Source of the DNA: Candidatus Sumerlaeaceae bacterium
GTDB lineage: Bacteria; Sumerlaeota; Sumerlaeia; Sumerlaeales; Sumerlaeaceae
Direction: 5' to 3'
Length of the DNA: 64,000 nucleotides
Assembly: GCA_051003195.1 (NCBI GenBank)
Contig: JBPCLP010000030.1
Span: 40,748-104,747 of the forward strand
The notes under the pieces were generated by a model. It ran no database searches. It saw nothing but the letters and a program-made list of their open reading frames with translations, and was not told the origin of the DNA. This document shows positions 48,542 to 57,708 of the stretch, one piece after another. Numbering within the stretch: position 1 is the first letter of the stretch; each line of letters opens with the position of its first letter. The translations under genes were made by a program, and so were the position numbers.

Positions 48542-48916
48542 TTACTCCCACACTTGTTTAGGGGCATCTCCCCATAATCTTTCCAATTCGTATAAGCGCC
48601 TCGAATCATGCGTCATGGCATGAACAATCACACTGCCATAGTCAAAAACCATCCATCCCGTACCTCGGTTACCCTCCACGTTGCTCGGCTTTAATCCCAG
48701 TTTCAACATCTCATCTTCAATTCTTTTACCGAGCGACCGCAAATGCGTCTGGCTCGTACCCGTCAGTACAACAAAGAAATCTGTAATACTGGAAAGTCCC
48801 CGCAAATCAAGGATTACAACATCCTCAGCTTTTGCCTCACTTGCAATGGAAGCAAGCTTTTGCGCACGCTCCGATGCCGTCGAGTGGCTTACGGCCACCG
48901 TACCGCGATGGGTCAT
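48542..48916 (-). CDS. rsfS: Ribosome silencing factor
   Basis: KAEDVVILDL, TDFFVV, WMVFDYGSVIVH, YELERLWGDA. Confidence 0.95.
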   Translation of the reverse strand: MTHRGTVAVSHSTASERAQKLASIASEAKAEDVVILDLRGLSSITDFFVVLTGTSQTHLRSLGKRIEDEMLKLGLKPSNVEGNRGTGWMVFDYGSVIVHAMTHDSRRLYELERLWGDAPKQVWE

Positions 48917-49476
48917 TCTGCCTCCAGCGAAGCAATGGTTTCAAAGATTCTATGGTGCGGCTTACGCCCCTTGGAGTTTACATGCGCAACTTTTTCTTTG
49001 AGCACGGCGATCAGGCCGGTTTTGAAGTCGGTTCGAACGGCTTCGCGCAAACCTTCCAGCCCGGTATAATCACGCATTGGCTCCAGTGTATCCGCGGCGA
49101 TTAGGATTCGCAGCGTCATGGATGGGTTCGCATGGCCAAGGGTGTGATGCTGGATGGCGTCCAACACCTCCTCATCCTCGACTCCAAATTCAGAGTGCGC
49201 GGTGGATGCCCCTGCCGGCCCATGCCAGAGAGCGGGAAAGTCCAGGTCTTCCGGCGAAAGCTGAAACCCGCCCTCCTGCCGCATCTGGGCAAGTTCCTCT
49301 CGATCCAAACCTTTGGCGCAATCGTGCAACAGCGCAGCCAGTGTAACTTTCCGGGTGTCTGCACCGTGCAGATTCGACAAAGTAATCGCGAAATGAACTA
49401 CTCCGAGAGTATGGAGAAAGCGCTTGGGGGGCAGGCGCGCTGCCAGTTCTGCTATAATCTTGTCGTGACTCGCCAA
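48913..49476 (-). CDS. yqeK: YqeK-type HD-domain Ap4A hydrolase
   Basis: RFLHTLGV, LLHDCAK, WHGPAGA, AIQHHTLG, ADTLEP; adjacent to rsfS. Confidence 0.9.
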   Translation of the reverse strand: MASHDKIIAELAARLPPKRFLHTLGVVHFAITLSNLHGADTRKVTLAALLHDCAKGLDREELAQMRQEGGFQLSPEDLDFPALWHGPAGASTAHSEFGVEDEEVLDAIQHHTLGHANPSMTLRILIAADTLEPMRDYTGLEGLREAVRTDFKTGLIAVLKEKVAHVNSKGRKPHHRIFETIASLEAE

Positions 49477-49793
49477 TGACTTACCGCCCTACCCCGCATC
49501 TCGCGCTGGAAGACTTATACAAAAACTTCGGGTCTCATATTTGGCTTCGAGGAGGTGCAAATACACCAGCACAAATGGCGTTCGCTGAACAGGAGTGTCC
49601 GAAAGGCGTGCACCTCTCTGCTGTTGACGTTCCGAAAACCGCTGGCCGGGCATGGTGGGTTTAGCTTAGATGCTGATTTGGTTTGACCTACACAGATACA
49701 ATGGCGCGGCATTGTAGTTGCATCCTCGCTCTCGCCAATTAACGCACCAGCAACACAAGTTGAACTGGGCGTCCGGTTTAAGGAGAATTAAAA

Positions 49794-51587
49794 ATGAACG
49801 CTTCCTCTCGGCATCTATCACAAATTGCCGCAGCTGGATTGATCTGCCTTTCAGTCATCGCGTATGGGCAGGTCCCCGACCCCAACCAGGAACTCTCTAA
49901 AAAAGAGAGGAAACAACTGCAACAGCAGGAGCGGCAGGGAGGCGTCCAGCCGGCCGTTGGTCAGGGAAATATCCAGCCACAGCCTGGCCAAATGCCTCAG
50001 CGCGGGCCTGCATTGCAGCAGGGCGCCCCGAACATGCCGTCAAATCCAAACCTGAACATCCAGGGCGGTGGAGCGCAGCAGTTGAGGCGCGGGAACGACG
50101 CGAACGAAAACCCAAACAAAAATGTCAGTAAGCAGCTTAAGAGTCGAGGCGAGGGCGAAATTCAGGTCCCGGGTAAGCCTGACCCAAGCAAGTTCCAGCT
50201 GAACCAGTCGGATGATCGCGGCCAGGGCGGGAACAAGAAGAAGAACCAGGGCAAGAACGTGGATCTGGGGCAGAGCGGCGATGCTCCGCCCAGCCCGAAT
50301 GTCACACCCACGATCCAGGTGCAGGACACGGAGGACCTGAGCAAAAAAGAGCTTAACAAGCAGAAGCAGCAGCAGAACCGGCTTGAAGAGCAGCTCAACA
50401 AGCAGAACAAGAAAAATAAAACCCCGGGTGACGATGCCGTCGCCAGTCCAAACGCTACGCCATTCGTTCCGGCTGGCACGCCTCCCGCCGCCGGCGGGCG
50501 CCTTGGCGAAGGCCTGAGCAAGAAGGAACAGAACAAGCTCGATAACCAGGCTAAGAAGGAGCAGAACCAGCAGGAGCAGCAGGCGAAAAAGGAGCAAAAC
50601 GAGCTGGAGAAACTGCAAAAGAAGGGCGTGGCGACTCCCGCGGCTGGCGAACCCACCCCGGCTGGTCAGATTGACATCGGTGGCAAGGGTAAAGGCAAAA
50701 AGGGTAAGGAGCAGCCCGGTGCGACGCCTGCAGCCGGCCAGGCACAGGCCCCCGCCGATCCGAATGCAACACCTGCGCTATCCAAGCATGACCTCAAAAA
50801 GCAGATGAAGGACACCAAGCAGGCCGAGGAGTCCGCCCAAAAGGCAGCGAAGCAGATTGCTCAGCTGGAAAAGAAGCAGGATAAGATCGAGCTTAAGAAA
50901 CTCAGCGGTGCGGAAAAGGCCGTTCTTGTTGGTGCCGACGTTTCAAAGCTCAACATCGGTGCTTCCAAAAAGCTGTCGAAAAACGACGCCCTGACTATCA
51001 TTGGCGACAACAACACCATTATTAAGAAGAAAGAAATAAACAAAACCGTCATCAACAACATCAACCTGGGCATTCTTCCGGGTGGCTGGGGCTTGCCTCT
51101 TGGCGGGTATGGTTACGTGCATCAGCCGCTTATTGCGATTGATCCATATTGCGGGTATTGCCTGCCGAGCCCGATTCATGGCGGGTTCCACAATCTATCG
51201 TGGAACTACTGGGATGGCCGCTCTTACTATGATCACGGTTATATCGACAGCATCTTCATGGGTGTGGGACACATCCGCTACGACGGCTGCGATGGTGCCA
51301 TCGTCCATGGTCGCTACTACTGCTACGGCTGGGGCTGGATTGACGGCTGCATCGACTATGGCGAACGCCGCATGTGGGTGCCAGGCTTCTGGGCTCCGTA
51401 CAACGTGGAAGAGTGTGGCAACGTGCCCATCTGGATACCTCCAGTATATGAGGAAGTCTGGACCGGCTGCTGCTGGGAAACGGTACTGGTGGATGGCGGC
51501 TACTTCTCCCCAAGCCCAAGCCTCGATTGCCATCTCGTTACCCGGCATACATGGGTCCCGGGACACTTCGAGTATTACTGGGCATAA
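49794..51587 (+). CDS. Secreted protein: Q/K/P-rich disordered region plus Trp/Tyr/Gly/Cys-rich C-terminal domain
   Basis: AAGGAG RBS; signal peptide; repeated LSKKE motifs; WVPGFW, WIPPVY, WVPGHF (YXWGXW-like). Confidence 0.8.
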   Translation: MNASSRHLSQIAAAGLICLSVIAYGQVPDPNQELSKKERKQLQQQERQGGVQPAVGQGNIQPQPGQMPQRGPALQQGAPNMPSNPNLNIQGGGAQQLRRGNDANENPNKNVSKQLKSRGEGEIQVPGKPDPSKFQLNQSDDRGQGGNKKKNQGKNVDLGQSGDAPPSPNVTPTIQVQDTEDLSKKELNKQKQQQNRLEEQLNKQNKKNKTPGDDAVASPNATPFVPAGTPPAAGGRLGEGLSKKEQNKLDNQAKKEQNQQEQQAKKEQNELEKLQKKGVATPAAGEPTPAGQIDIGGKGKGKKGKEQPGATPAAGQAQAPADPNATPALSKHDLKKQMKDTKQAEESAQKAAKQIAQLEKKQDKIELKKLSGAEKAVLVGADVSKLNIGASKKLSKNDALTIIGDNNTIIKKKEINKTVINNINLGILPGGWGLPLGGYGYVHQPLIAIDPYCGYCLPSPIHGGFHNLSWNYWDGRSYYDHGYIDSIFMGVGHIRYDGCDGAIVHGRYYCYGWGWIDGCIDYGERRMWVPGFWAPYNVEECGNVPIWIPPVYEEVWTGCCWETVLVDGGYFSPSPSLDCHLVTRHTWVPGHFEYYWA

Positions 51588-51629
51588 GAGCAGTTAAATT
51601 CAGAAGCAGAAGAGACAGACGAAAATAAA

Positions 51630-51660
51630 CGGGGCGGCTCGAAAGGGCCGCCTTTTTTAT
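51630..51660 (+). terminator. Intrinsic terminator
   Basis: GGCGGCTC-GAAA-GGGCCGCC-TTTTTT. Confidence 0.85.
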
Positions 51661-51679
51661 TGAAACCATCTTCCATGAA

Positions 51680-51697
51680 ATAGAACGTGTGTTCTAT
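51680..51697. promoter_or_regulatory. Putative LexA (SOS) box, GAAC-N4-GTTC type
   Basis: Palindrome ATAGAAC-GTGT-GTTCTAT 12 bp upstream of the Y-family polymerase start. Confidence 0.8.
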
Positions 51698-51709
51698 TGA
51701 GGCTGGAAG

Positions 51710-52870
51710 ATGGATCAGTTAATTTTACACACGGATGTAGATTGTTTCGCAGTCAGCGTGGAGCGCGCACGCAATCCCTCGCTACTGGAACGCGCTATAA
51801 TTATTGGAGTTGAAGCGGGCGGAAGGGGGCTGGTCGCGTCCGCATCCTACGAAGCCCGCCGTTTAGGCGCCCGGGGAGGGATGCCGCTTTCCATCGCACG
51901 GCGGCGATTCCCCCAGGCTGTTTTCCTGCCGCAAGACCGGCTGGCGTATGAGGCAGCGTCGCACCGCCTTTTCGAACTTTTGCGCAACAAAGCCCCCGTG
52001 GTTGAGGCGTGCTCGATGGACGATTTCTACCTGGATGTAACGGGCTGTGAGGCTCTGTTTGGTGGCGATCTGCTGCGATGGGCGCAGCAGGTGGGGAGGC
52101 AGGTGCGCGGCGAACTCGGACTGCCGCTGTCCATGGGCATCGCCGGCAACAAGATGGTCGCCCGCATCGCAACCGCGCTGGCCAAGCCTTCGCAGATGAT
52201 TCGTGTGACTGCAGGAGCCGAAGCGGAGTTTCTGTCGCCGGTTTCGGTGCATCTGCTGCCGGGTGCCGGCGGGGCTGCCTATGAACGCCTGCAGGGATTT
52301 GGCGTCCGGACCATTGGTGAGCTGGCAGCAATGGGGGAGGAGTGCCTGGCGCTGTTGTTCGGAAAAGCTGGTACCGAGCTCTGGCGCCGCGCGCGTGGCG
52401 AATATCATGAGCCTGTGAAAGCAACCGCACTACACCGCAACCTTACTCAGACGCAGGTACTCGAGCGTGATACCGCGGACACGCGCCTGCTCGAAGCGGT
52501 GGCAGTGCGCCTTGCGCAGCGCATCGCATGGGGGCTGCGCCGAAACCAGCTTACCGCGACGCGGGCATCGCTGGAGCTGACCTACAGCGACGGCGCAATG
52601 GCCACACACAGCCTGCAACTCAATACACCGACCGACAGCGAACGCGAGCTGATCGTCGCCGCGCGCAAAGCGCTGACGGCCTCCTTCCAGCGGCGGGTGC
52701 GTGTGCGTGCGTTGCGTCTGAAGGTGTGGTTCATCCCGCGTGATGCCGGCCAGTTCGACTTCCTCCACGAGATGGAGCGGCGCAGCGTGCGCGGATTGTT
52801 CCAGGCCATTGATGAAGTACGCAGCCGGCATGGCTTCGGCGCGATGGTGAGCGCGAGCGCGATCAATTAG
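51710..52870 (+). CDS. dinB: Y-family DNA polymerase (DinB-like) of a mutagenesis cassette
   Basis: HTDVDCFAVSVE, SASYEAR, CSMDDFYLD, SMGIAGNKMVARIA, QFDFL clamp-binding-like motif. Confidence 0.85.
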   Translation: MDQLILHTDVDCFAVSVERARNPSLLERAIIIGVEAGGRGLVASASYEARRLGARGGMPLSIARRRFPQAVFLPQDRLAYEAASHRLFELLRNKAPVVEACSMDDFYLDVTGCEALFGGDLLRWAQQVGRQVRGELGLPLSMGIAGNKMVARIATALAKPSQMIRVTAGAEAEFLSPVSVHLLPGAGGAAYERLQGFGVRTIGELAAMGEECLALLFGKAGTELWRRARGEYHEPVKATALHRNLTQTQVLERDTADTRLLEAVAVRLAQRIAWGLRRNQLTATRASLELTYSDGAMATHSLQLNTPTDSERELIVAARKALTASFQRRVRVRALRLKVWFIPRDAGQFDFLHEMERRSVRGLFQAIDEVRSRHGFGAMVSASAIN

Positions 52871-52882
52871 AAATTTCGAATC

Positions 52883-55800
52883 ATGAATTCCGAAGAGAGG
52901 AGCGACAAGCGAAGGCCGAAGAGCGAAGAACTACTGAGATGCGAAGCGATTCCTGACCCCCGGCCCCCGAAGCCTGAACTCTGCTTCGTCCACCTGCATG
53001 CGCACAGCTATTACAGCTTCTTCGACAGCACATTTTCGCCGGAGGACCTGGTCACGCTTGCCTGCAAGCATGGGCACAAGGCCGTCGCGCTCACCGATAT
53101 CAACTGCATGACGGGCGCGGTTGTCTTCTACAAAGCTGCAAAACAGGCGGGGCTGAACCCGATTCTGGGCGCGGAAATCACGCAGCCGCTGCCCAATGAA
53201 CGCAAACTCCTGCGCGACCGTGCAGCCGCGGAATTCGAACTGAGGAACCTGGAGGCGAGGAGCGAAAGGAAGATCGAAGAGCGAGGAGCGAAAAGCCAAA
53301 GAAAAAGAACCACGGAATACACGGAGCACACGGATCCTGACAATTTAGAATTCAAAATTCAAAATTCAAAAGATGTGTCCAGTGGTTCGCTTTCTCCCGC
53401 GCTGTGTCAGGGTGACAAATCCAAACGCGCGGTGTTGCTGGCGCGCAGCTTTGACGCGTATTCGGAAATTTCGGCGGTGGTAACGCGGCGGATGCTGGAC
53501 CCGATGTTTGATCTGTTCCGCGAAATGGATGCGCTGTCTGACCAGGTGATCATCCTCAGCGATTCGACGGAGGTACTGGAGCACACGGTAAAAGGGAAGG
53601 TGGGCATTGGTGACCCACAAAGCGCAGATGGCGGCGCGATGAATGCGAAGGATGGGAGGGATGAGGCAAATAGCGATGATGGGTCGAATGGGTCTTATGA
53701 AACAGTTGGTTCTACTGTTCCCAGGGATTCCCGGAATTCCTATGCTTCCCATTCCTCCCATAAGACCCACACCCCTCATAAGCCCCATTTTTCTGCCCCC
53801 CTTTACGCTCTTCTCACCGCCAGCCGGCGCTGCCGTGCGCGCAACCGCCTGGTCTATGAGAGCGCGCGGCGCCTGGGTATTCCGCTGGTTGCCGGCTGCG
53901 ATGTAAAGCTCGGCACGCCTGACGACGCACAGCTGCATCACCTGCTACAGGCGATGCGCCGCCTCACCACTGTTTATCAGCTCAGCGACGCGCAAAAAAT
54001 CGATCCCGCACACCATTTCCAATCTGCTGAACAGGTGGCCCGGTTCTTTGGCCTGGATCGTACTGATCGCGATCAGCCCGCCGACGAAATCTTCGCTCAC
54101 CTGCGCGAAGGAGTCGCGAACACATCGCGCATTGCCGAACTGTGTCACTGCGAGCTTCCGCTCAATGAATGGAAGTTTCCGAAGTTGCCAGGGACGCCAG
54201 TTCCCTCTCCGGAAAAAGAACTGCGGCGGCTTGTTATTGAGGGCATGCACAAGCGTTATGGCGATCCATTGCCGCCGCTTCCGCGCGACCGTATGAACTC
54301 AGAGATGGAGATCATCGAAAAGCTTGGCTTTACGGAGTATTTTCTGCTCGTGAACCGCATTGTAAGCGAGGCGCACCGGCGCGGTTTTTTTACCGTGGGG
54401 CGGGGGAGCGGCGCAAATTCGATCCTCAGCTATGCCCTTGGTTTCACGGAGGTTTGTCCCCTCAAGTTCAACCTCTACTTCGAGCGCTTCCTGAATCCCG
54501 ACCGCAGCGTGCCACCGGACATCGACATCGATTTCTCATGGAAGGAGCGCGATGAACTGTTGCAGTGGTGCTTCGAGTATTTCGGGCGGGATCGGGTGGC
54601 GCTGATATGTACCATCCAGACGCTTCAGGCGCGGCAGTCCATCCGCGAAGTAGGAAAGGCGTTCGGCCTCAGCGAAAACGAAGTGAACGCGTTCAACCGG
54701 CTGCACGAAACAGGATTCCGAGTGGAAGAGGAAGTGAAGTCGGAACTCGGAAATGAAGGCCGAAGAGCGAAGAGCAAAGAACGAAGGATTTACAACTTAG
54801 CTGAGCAGGAGCCGTGGTCCACGGTGCTGAAGTTCGCGCAACGCATTACCGGCTTCCCGCGCCATCTTTCCATCCATTGCGGCGGCATTCTGATCACGCC
54901 GGATACGGTTACCAAATTCCTTCCGCTCACCCGCAGCGCGAAGGGCTTTGCGATTACCCAGATGGACATGTTCAGCGTCGAGGAGTTGGGGCTGATCAAA
55001 ATCGATCTGCTCAGCAACCGCAGTCTTGGTGTGTTGAAGGATGCGCTCCGTATGGCCGAGCGCAACCTGAACGGCGAGAGGATGAATACGATCCCCGGAG
55101 GTGCACCGCATTTGCCGGAAAGCGCGGGTGCGCTGCTTCCGGAGAATGCGGCCAAGGTGGAGGTGTTTCAGCGCGAAGCGATGCGCATGAAACTGGCCGG
55201 CACACGCCGTGGCACCAGTGTCGCGCTCGCCGGCGTGCTTGGATCTTTCGCAACCTGCGTGCAAAACACGGTAGCGAATGAGCTGGTGCCACACGGCGCC
55301 GCTATCACATTGCGCGAACAGGCGCTCAGTTTTCACTCCGTTACAAATGACCCTGTCACGCGACAGATTATCGACCAGGGACTTACCATGGGATGCTTTT
55401 ATGTCGAATCCCCGGGCATGCGTGCGTTGTTCGAGCGGCTCCGCTGCAAAAATTTCGAGGAGGTGGTGACCGCCAGCTCGATCATCCGTCCCGGTGTTGC
55501 TGAAAGCGGCATGATGCAGGAGTACATCGCCAGGCACCAGGAGAAAAACCCCGAGAATTACGAAGTGCAGACCTCGAATTACCAGGTGGTGGAGGCAGAT
55601 GGAAAAAGCCATCAGGCCACGGAGTCACGTCATTCAAAATTTAAAATTCAAAATTCAGAATCGGGTCCTGATAACCAACTGACCGTGGTGCGCAGGGAGA
55701 TGCTGGAGGCCGCTGCAGCTGAGATAGAGCCGCTGGGAATTTCCATGCAGATGTCGACGCTGCAGCGCGAGACGGAGCGGGCGGGGATGATCGGCAGTCG

Positions 55801-57637
55801 GTCAGGTACGCGCGTGGCAGTCGCGCTGGATTTGAAGACCGGTTTTGCCGATCCGCGCTCGCCGACTACGCTGTTGCCGCCCTCCTCCGCCAGCGAACGT
55901 CTTGCCAACGGCGCCATGCCCATCAATGCGCATGCAAAATCCCGTGCGCTGGAAGAGTATCTTCTGCCCAGCTCCAATACCGAATCGGACCGGCCGATTA
56001 TTTCCTGTCATAGTGAACTCAAAGCATCGCAGCAAGCTGCGGCCCATGAAAGCGGCAGCAAACTGCACGAACTCCAAAGCAACGTCGAGGCAGTGCGCGG
56101 TTATACGATCGAGCCACAAGGCCGTTCCGCCGCAAACACCCATGGAGCGAGCAAAAAGCTGCGCATCCACCACGTAATGATGGAGATGCTGCCGGAGACC
56201 TACGGGGTGATGGTGTACCAGGAAGACGTGCTGCGGGTTGCGCACGACCTCGCAGGTATGAGCTATGCCGAGGCCGACCTGCTGCGCCGCGCCATCAGCG
56301 GCAAGATGCGCTCGCGCGATGCACTGCTCGCGATCCAGGATCATTTCGTCGCCGGCGTCATGGGCAAAGGTCTGCCGCGCGAAGATGCAGAGGAGATCTG
56401 GCGGCAGATGGCGAGCTTCGCCGGTTACTCGTTCTGCAAGGGACACTCGGCCGCGTTTGCCGTCCTCAGCTACCAGGTCGCCTTTATGAAGGCACATTAC
56501 CCGGCGGAGTTTTTCGCCGGTGTGTTGACAAATGAAGGCGGCTTTTACGGCGCGCATGCCTATCTGCAGGAGGCGCGCCGGTGGGGCATCGAGATTCAGC
56601 CGCCATGCGTCAATGCCAGCCGGCTGGAGTACGTAGGCCTCACGTTGAATGCAGCCGCTGCGCGCACCGCCGCCGGACTGCAGACGGAAGCGCCACGCCA
56701 GATCAGGAGCGAGGGGAGTAGTGAGAGTCATAGGAGTGATGCAAGTGAGGGTGCCGGTACACCAGATAGTTCGCGTGCCTGTCAGGATTTCCCCGTCTCT
56801 CCTAAATCTCATTCTCCCTTTCCCCTGCCGCTCGGCACTGGCCGTGCCGGATGGCTCCGCGTAGGTTTGATGGCCGTGCAAGGTGTTCGCCAGCAAACAA
56901 AAGAGCAGATCGTGGAGAGTCGCGATCAGTACGGACCCTTCGCTTCTCTCGAAGATCTAATGGATCGCACGGACGCCGGCCTTGAGGAGTGCCGCGCGTT
57001 TATTATGACGGGCGCCATGGATTGCCTCGCCGACGATGCTCTTTCCGCAGAACCATGGAAACCCAGCGATCCGCGGCGTGTCCTGCACAAACGCCGCGCA
57101 CTGCTGCTGAAAACAGAATGTCTTTTCCACGCCCGCAATGCGGGCATCACCGATGGGTTCGTGAAGCTCACGTTCCCCATCAGCCATTCAAAATTCAGAA
57201 TACCGGATTCTTCTTCTGAACCCGGGACTCAGAAGCCTGACCGCATCGCTGCTCTTCAGGAACTGTCCAGGCTCGAAGCCGAGATCCTTAACTTCACCCT
57301 CAGCGCGCACCCACTCGACCTCGTCGACATTCCGTCCGAAGTCATTCCAGCGCGCGATATTCGCACACACAATCACAAGCGTATCTATATGGCTGGATGG
57401 ATGATCTCCGCCAAACTGATCGCCACCAGGACGAGCGGGCAGGCAATGAAGATGCTCACACTGGAAGACAAAAGTGGCACGTTCGAAGCCGTCCTCTTTC
57501 CGCGGGTGTACGCCAGGTATGCTCCTCGCACCCTCGGCCGCGGACCTTATCTTGTCTGTGGCAAAGTCGATATGACGCTCGGCTCGCCCACCCTCAACGT
57601 CGAAAAGATCGACATCCTGCCAAACCGCCGCGACTGA
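52883..57637 (+). CDS. dnaE2: Error-prone DNA polymerase III alpha-type (DnaE2-like) with large in-frame insertions
   Basis: HLHAHSYYSF (PHP), GRGSGANS, FERFLNPDR..PPDIDIDF, KIDLLSNR, GCFYVESPGMR, YGVMVYQED, FAGYSFCKGH; follows the Y-family polymerase. Confidence 0.9.
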   Translation: MNSEERSDKRRPKSEELLRCEAIPDPRPPKPELCFVHLHAHSYYSFFDSTFSPEDLVTLACKHGHKAVALTDINCMTGAVVFYKAAKQAGLNPILGAEITQPLPNERKLLRDRAAAEFELRNLEARSERKIEERGAKSQRKRTTEYTEHTDPDNLEFKIQNSKDVSSGSLSPALCQGDKSKRAVLLARSFDAYSEISAVVTRRMLDPMFDLFREMDALSDQVIILSDSTEVLEHTVKGKVGIGDPQSADGGAMNAKDGRDEANSDDGSNGSYETVGSTVPRDSRNSYASHSSHKTHTPHKPHFSAPLYALLTASRRCRARNRLVYESARRLGIPLVAGCDVKLGTPDDAQLHHLLQAMRRLTTVYQLSDAQKIDPAHHFQSAEQVARFFGLDRTDRDQPADEIFAHLREGVANTSRIAELCHCELPLNEWKFPKLPGTPVPSPEKELRRLVIEGMHKRYGDPLPPLPRDRMNSEMEIIEKLGFTEYFLLVNRIVSEAHRRGFFTVGRGSGANSILSYALGFTEVCPLKFNLYFERFLNPDRSVPPDIDIDFSWKERDELLQWCFEYFGRDRVALICTIQTLQARQSIREVGKAFGLSENEVNAFNRLHETGFRVEEEVKSELGNEGRRAKSKERRIYNLAEQEPWSTVLKFAQRITGFPRHLSIHCGGILITPDTVTKFLPLTRSAKGFAITQMDMFSVEELGLIKIDLLSNRSLGVLKDALRMAERNLNGERMNTIPGGAPHLPESAGALLPENAAKVEVFQREAMRMKLAGTRRGTSVALAGVLGSFATCVQNTVANELVPHGAAITLREQALSFHSVTNDPVTRQIIDQGLTMGCFYVESPGMRALFERLRCKNFEEVVTASSIIRPGVAESGMMQEYIARHQEKNPENYEVQTSNYQVVEADGKSHQATESRHSKFKIQNSESGPDNQLTVVRREMLEAAAAEIEPLGISMQMSTLQRETERAGMIGSRSGTRVAVALDLKTGFADPRSPTTLLPPSSASERLANGAMPINAHAKSRALEEYLLPSSNTESDRPIISCHSELKASQQAAAHESGSKLHELQSNVEAVRGYTIEPQGRSAANTHGASKKLRIHHVMMEMLPETYGVMVYQEDVLRVAHDLAGMSYAEADLLRRAISGKMRSRDALLAIQDHFVAGVMGKGLPREDAEEIWRQMASFAGYSFCKGHSAAFAVLSYQVAFMKAHYPAEFFAGVLTNEGGFYGAHAYLQEARRWGIEIQPPCVNASRLEYVGLTLNAAAARTAAGLQTEAPRQIRSEGSSESHRSDASEGAGTPDSSRACQDFPVSPKSHSPFPLPLGTGRAGWLRVGLMAVQGVRQQTKEQIVESRDQYGPFASLEDLMDRTDAGLEECRAFIMTGAMDCLADDALSAEPWKPSDPRRVLHKRRALLLKTECLFHARNAGITDGFVKLTFPISHSKFRIPDSSSEPGTQKPDRIAALQELSRLEAEILNFTLSAHPLDLVDIPSEVIPARDIRTHNHKRIYMAGWMISAKLIATRTSGQAMKMLTLEDKSGTFEAVLFPRVYARYAPRTLGRGPYLVCGKVDMTLGSPTLNVEKIDILPNRRD

Positions 57638-57647
57638 AGCTCTGCCC

Positions 57648-57699
57648 CAAAAGAAAATCGGCTGCCCCTCCCGGGACAGCCGATCGCGCTTCTTTATTT
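57648..57699. terminator. Terminator between convergent genes
   Basis: AAAAGAAAATCGGCTG.CCC-TCCC-GGG.CAGCCGAT. Confidence 0.7.
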
Positions 57700-57708
57700 C
57701 GCAATCAA

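Noticed and set aside
49477..49793. Lysine riboswitch or small ORF in the yqeK divergent region (GAGGTGCA...TGCACCTC)
   Set aside because: Only an 8-bp inverted repeat; other riboswitch motifs are absent and the 62-65 aa ORFs lack recognisable features.
52883..57637. Inteins in DnaE
   Set aside because: No insert has a C/S start with an HN-[CST] end or LAGLIDADG motifs; the inserts are low-complexity.
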